A stretch of DNA of 62,991 nt, filler included, from Octopus bimaculoides (lineage: Eukaryota): assembly GCF_001194135.2 (NCBI RefSeq). It is 9 parts of 7 records of this genome, joined end to end, with 100 filler letters (N's around TTAATTAATTAA, not from the genome) between each part and the next. Parts side by side here need not be neighbours in the genome. Positions count along the whole stretch, not along the records: positions 61,381 to 62,991 come from NC_068994.1; 8 more parts are not named here. One strand, given 5' to 3'. This document shows, piece after piece, positions 62,273-62,991 of this stretch. The position numbers were made by a program, and so were the translations under genes. Each line of letters opens with the position of its first letter. The stretch's first letter is position 1. Below the pieces are notes generated by a model, which worked only from the letters and a program-made list of their open reading frames with translations, had not been told where the DNA came from and searched no databases.

Positions 62273-62656
62273 NNNNNNNNNNNNNNNNNNNNNNNNNNNN
62301 NNNNNNNNNNNNNNNNNNNNNNNNNNNNNNNNNNNNNNNNNNNNNNNNNNNNNNNNNNNNNNNNNNNNNNNNGTATGTATATATTTTTTGGCGAATGTGT
62401 GGGTGAGCATGTGTGTGTTTCACGTGAAGGTGGATGAGTAGATACATATTGGCACATGTACGTGGGTGTGCGGTCACGCATGTGTATGTATGGACTGGTG
62501 CGCTTACGCGATTACTATGGACATTTTTACTCCCTTACCTTTACTCCCCCCTTCACTTAGCGGTCATTCTAATAGCTCTTTTGTGTTAATAACGGTCAAT
62601 CACACAGTAATTTCCCTTTGTTTAACGGTCATTTTCATGGCATTTTTTGATGGACC

Positions 62657-62717
62657 GATAACTGAAGAGGTGCCGGCGTGGGTTTCCGCCCCGACATCCG
62701 AAACTCGGAGTTTTATC
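62657..62717 (+). ncRNA. Type I hammerhead ribozyme in a PLE pLTR-like segment
   Basis: Stem I GAUAA/UUAUC; core CUGAAGA (62662-62668); G10.1-C11.1 and an extended stem II; GAAA (62700-62703); stem III ACU/AGU with a CGG loop; cleavage triplet GUU (after 62712). Confidence 0.8.
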
Positions 62718-62991
62718 ATGGCTACCGAATAATTGTCACATATTATTTTTACAGATAAATCCCTCTATTTACATAATATCGCGGTCTCTTTCATTCTTTT
62801 GTTGTCTTACCATTCGTATCAATTTATATATATATATATATATATAAAGTGTAGTATATTGCCACTTAAGTGTGGCTGACCCCTAGGGGTGGATGTTACT
62901 GTTGCTTTTAGCCCCAGGAGGACATCTCCTCCAGCTGGCTTATCGACACACGACTGTGTCCTGTTTGCCAAGGGAGTTATATATATATATA

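Overview
AT-rich, gap-ridden animal genomic DNA. The SINE/RTE repertoire and the N-flanked TTAATTAATTAA assembly spacers suggest an octopus draft genome (inference). The one host gene I can support is selenoprotein T (SELENOT) on the minus strand. It has three coding exons (17624-17387, 16432-16345, 10778-10672), an in-frame TGA in a C-Y-S-U motif, an intron 13 nt after the stop codon, and a terminal exon (~8458-8200) with a well-formed type II SECIS of the GUGA variant. Its first coding exon is not visible. The rest is mostly transposon-derived: a gypsy-like gag start, several hAT elements (two with perfect 8-bp TSDs), pogo/Tigger and mariner elements, piggyBac-type MITEs, Penelope-like (PLE), RTE, CR1 and R4-like fragments, many tRNA-derived SINEs and microsatellites. 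Notable small features are an intact-core hammerhead ribozyme (62657-62717), a tRNA-headed element carrying a hammerhead motif (two copies), a 5' U4 snRNA fragment inserted into a PLE endonuclease, a five-fold reiterated PLE terminus, two long palindromes, and alternating CpG-decayed and CpG-retaining domains. All translations and alignments were done by eye; no database searches were run.
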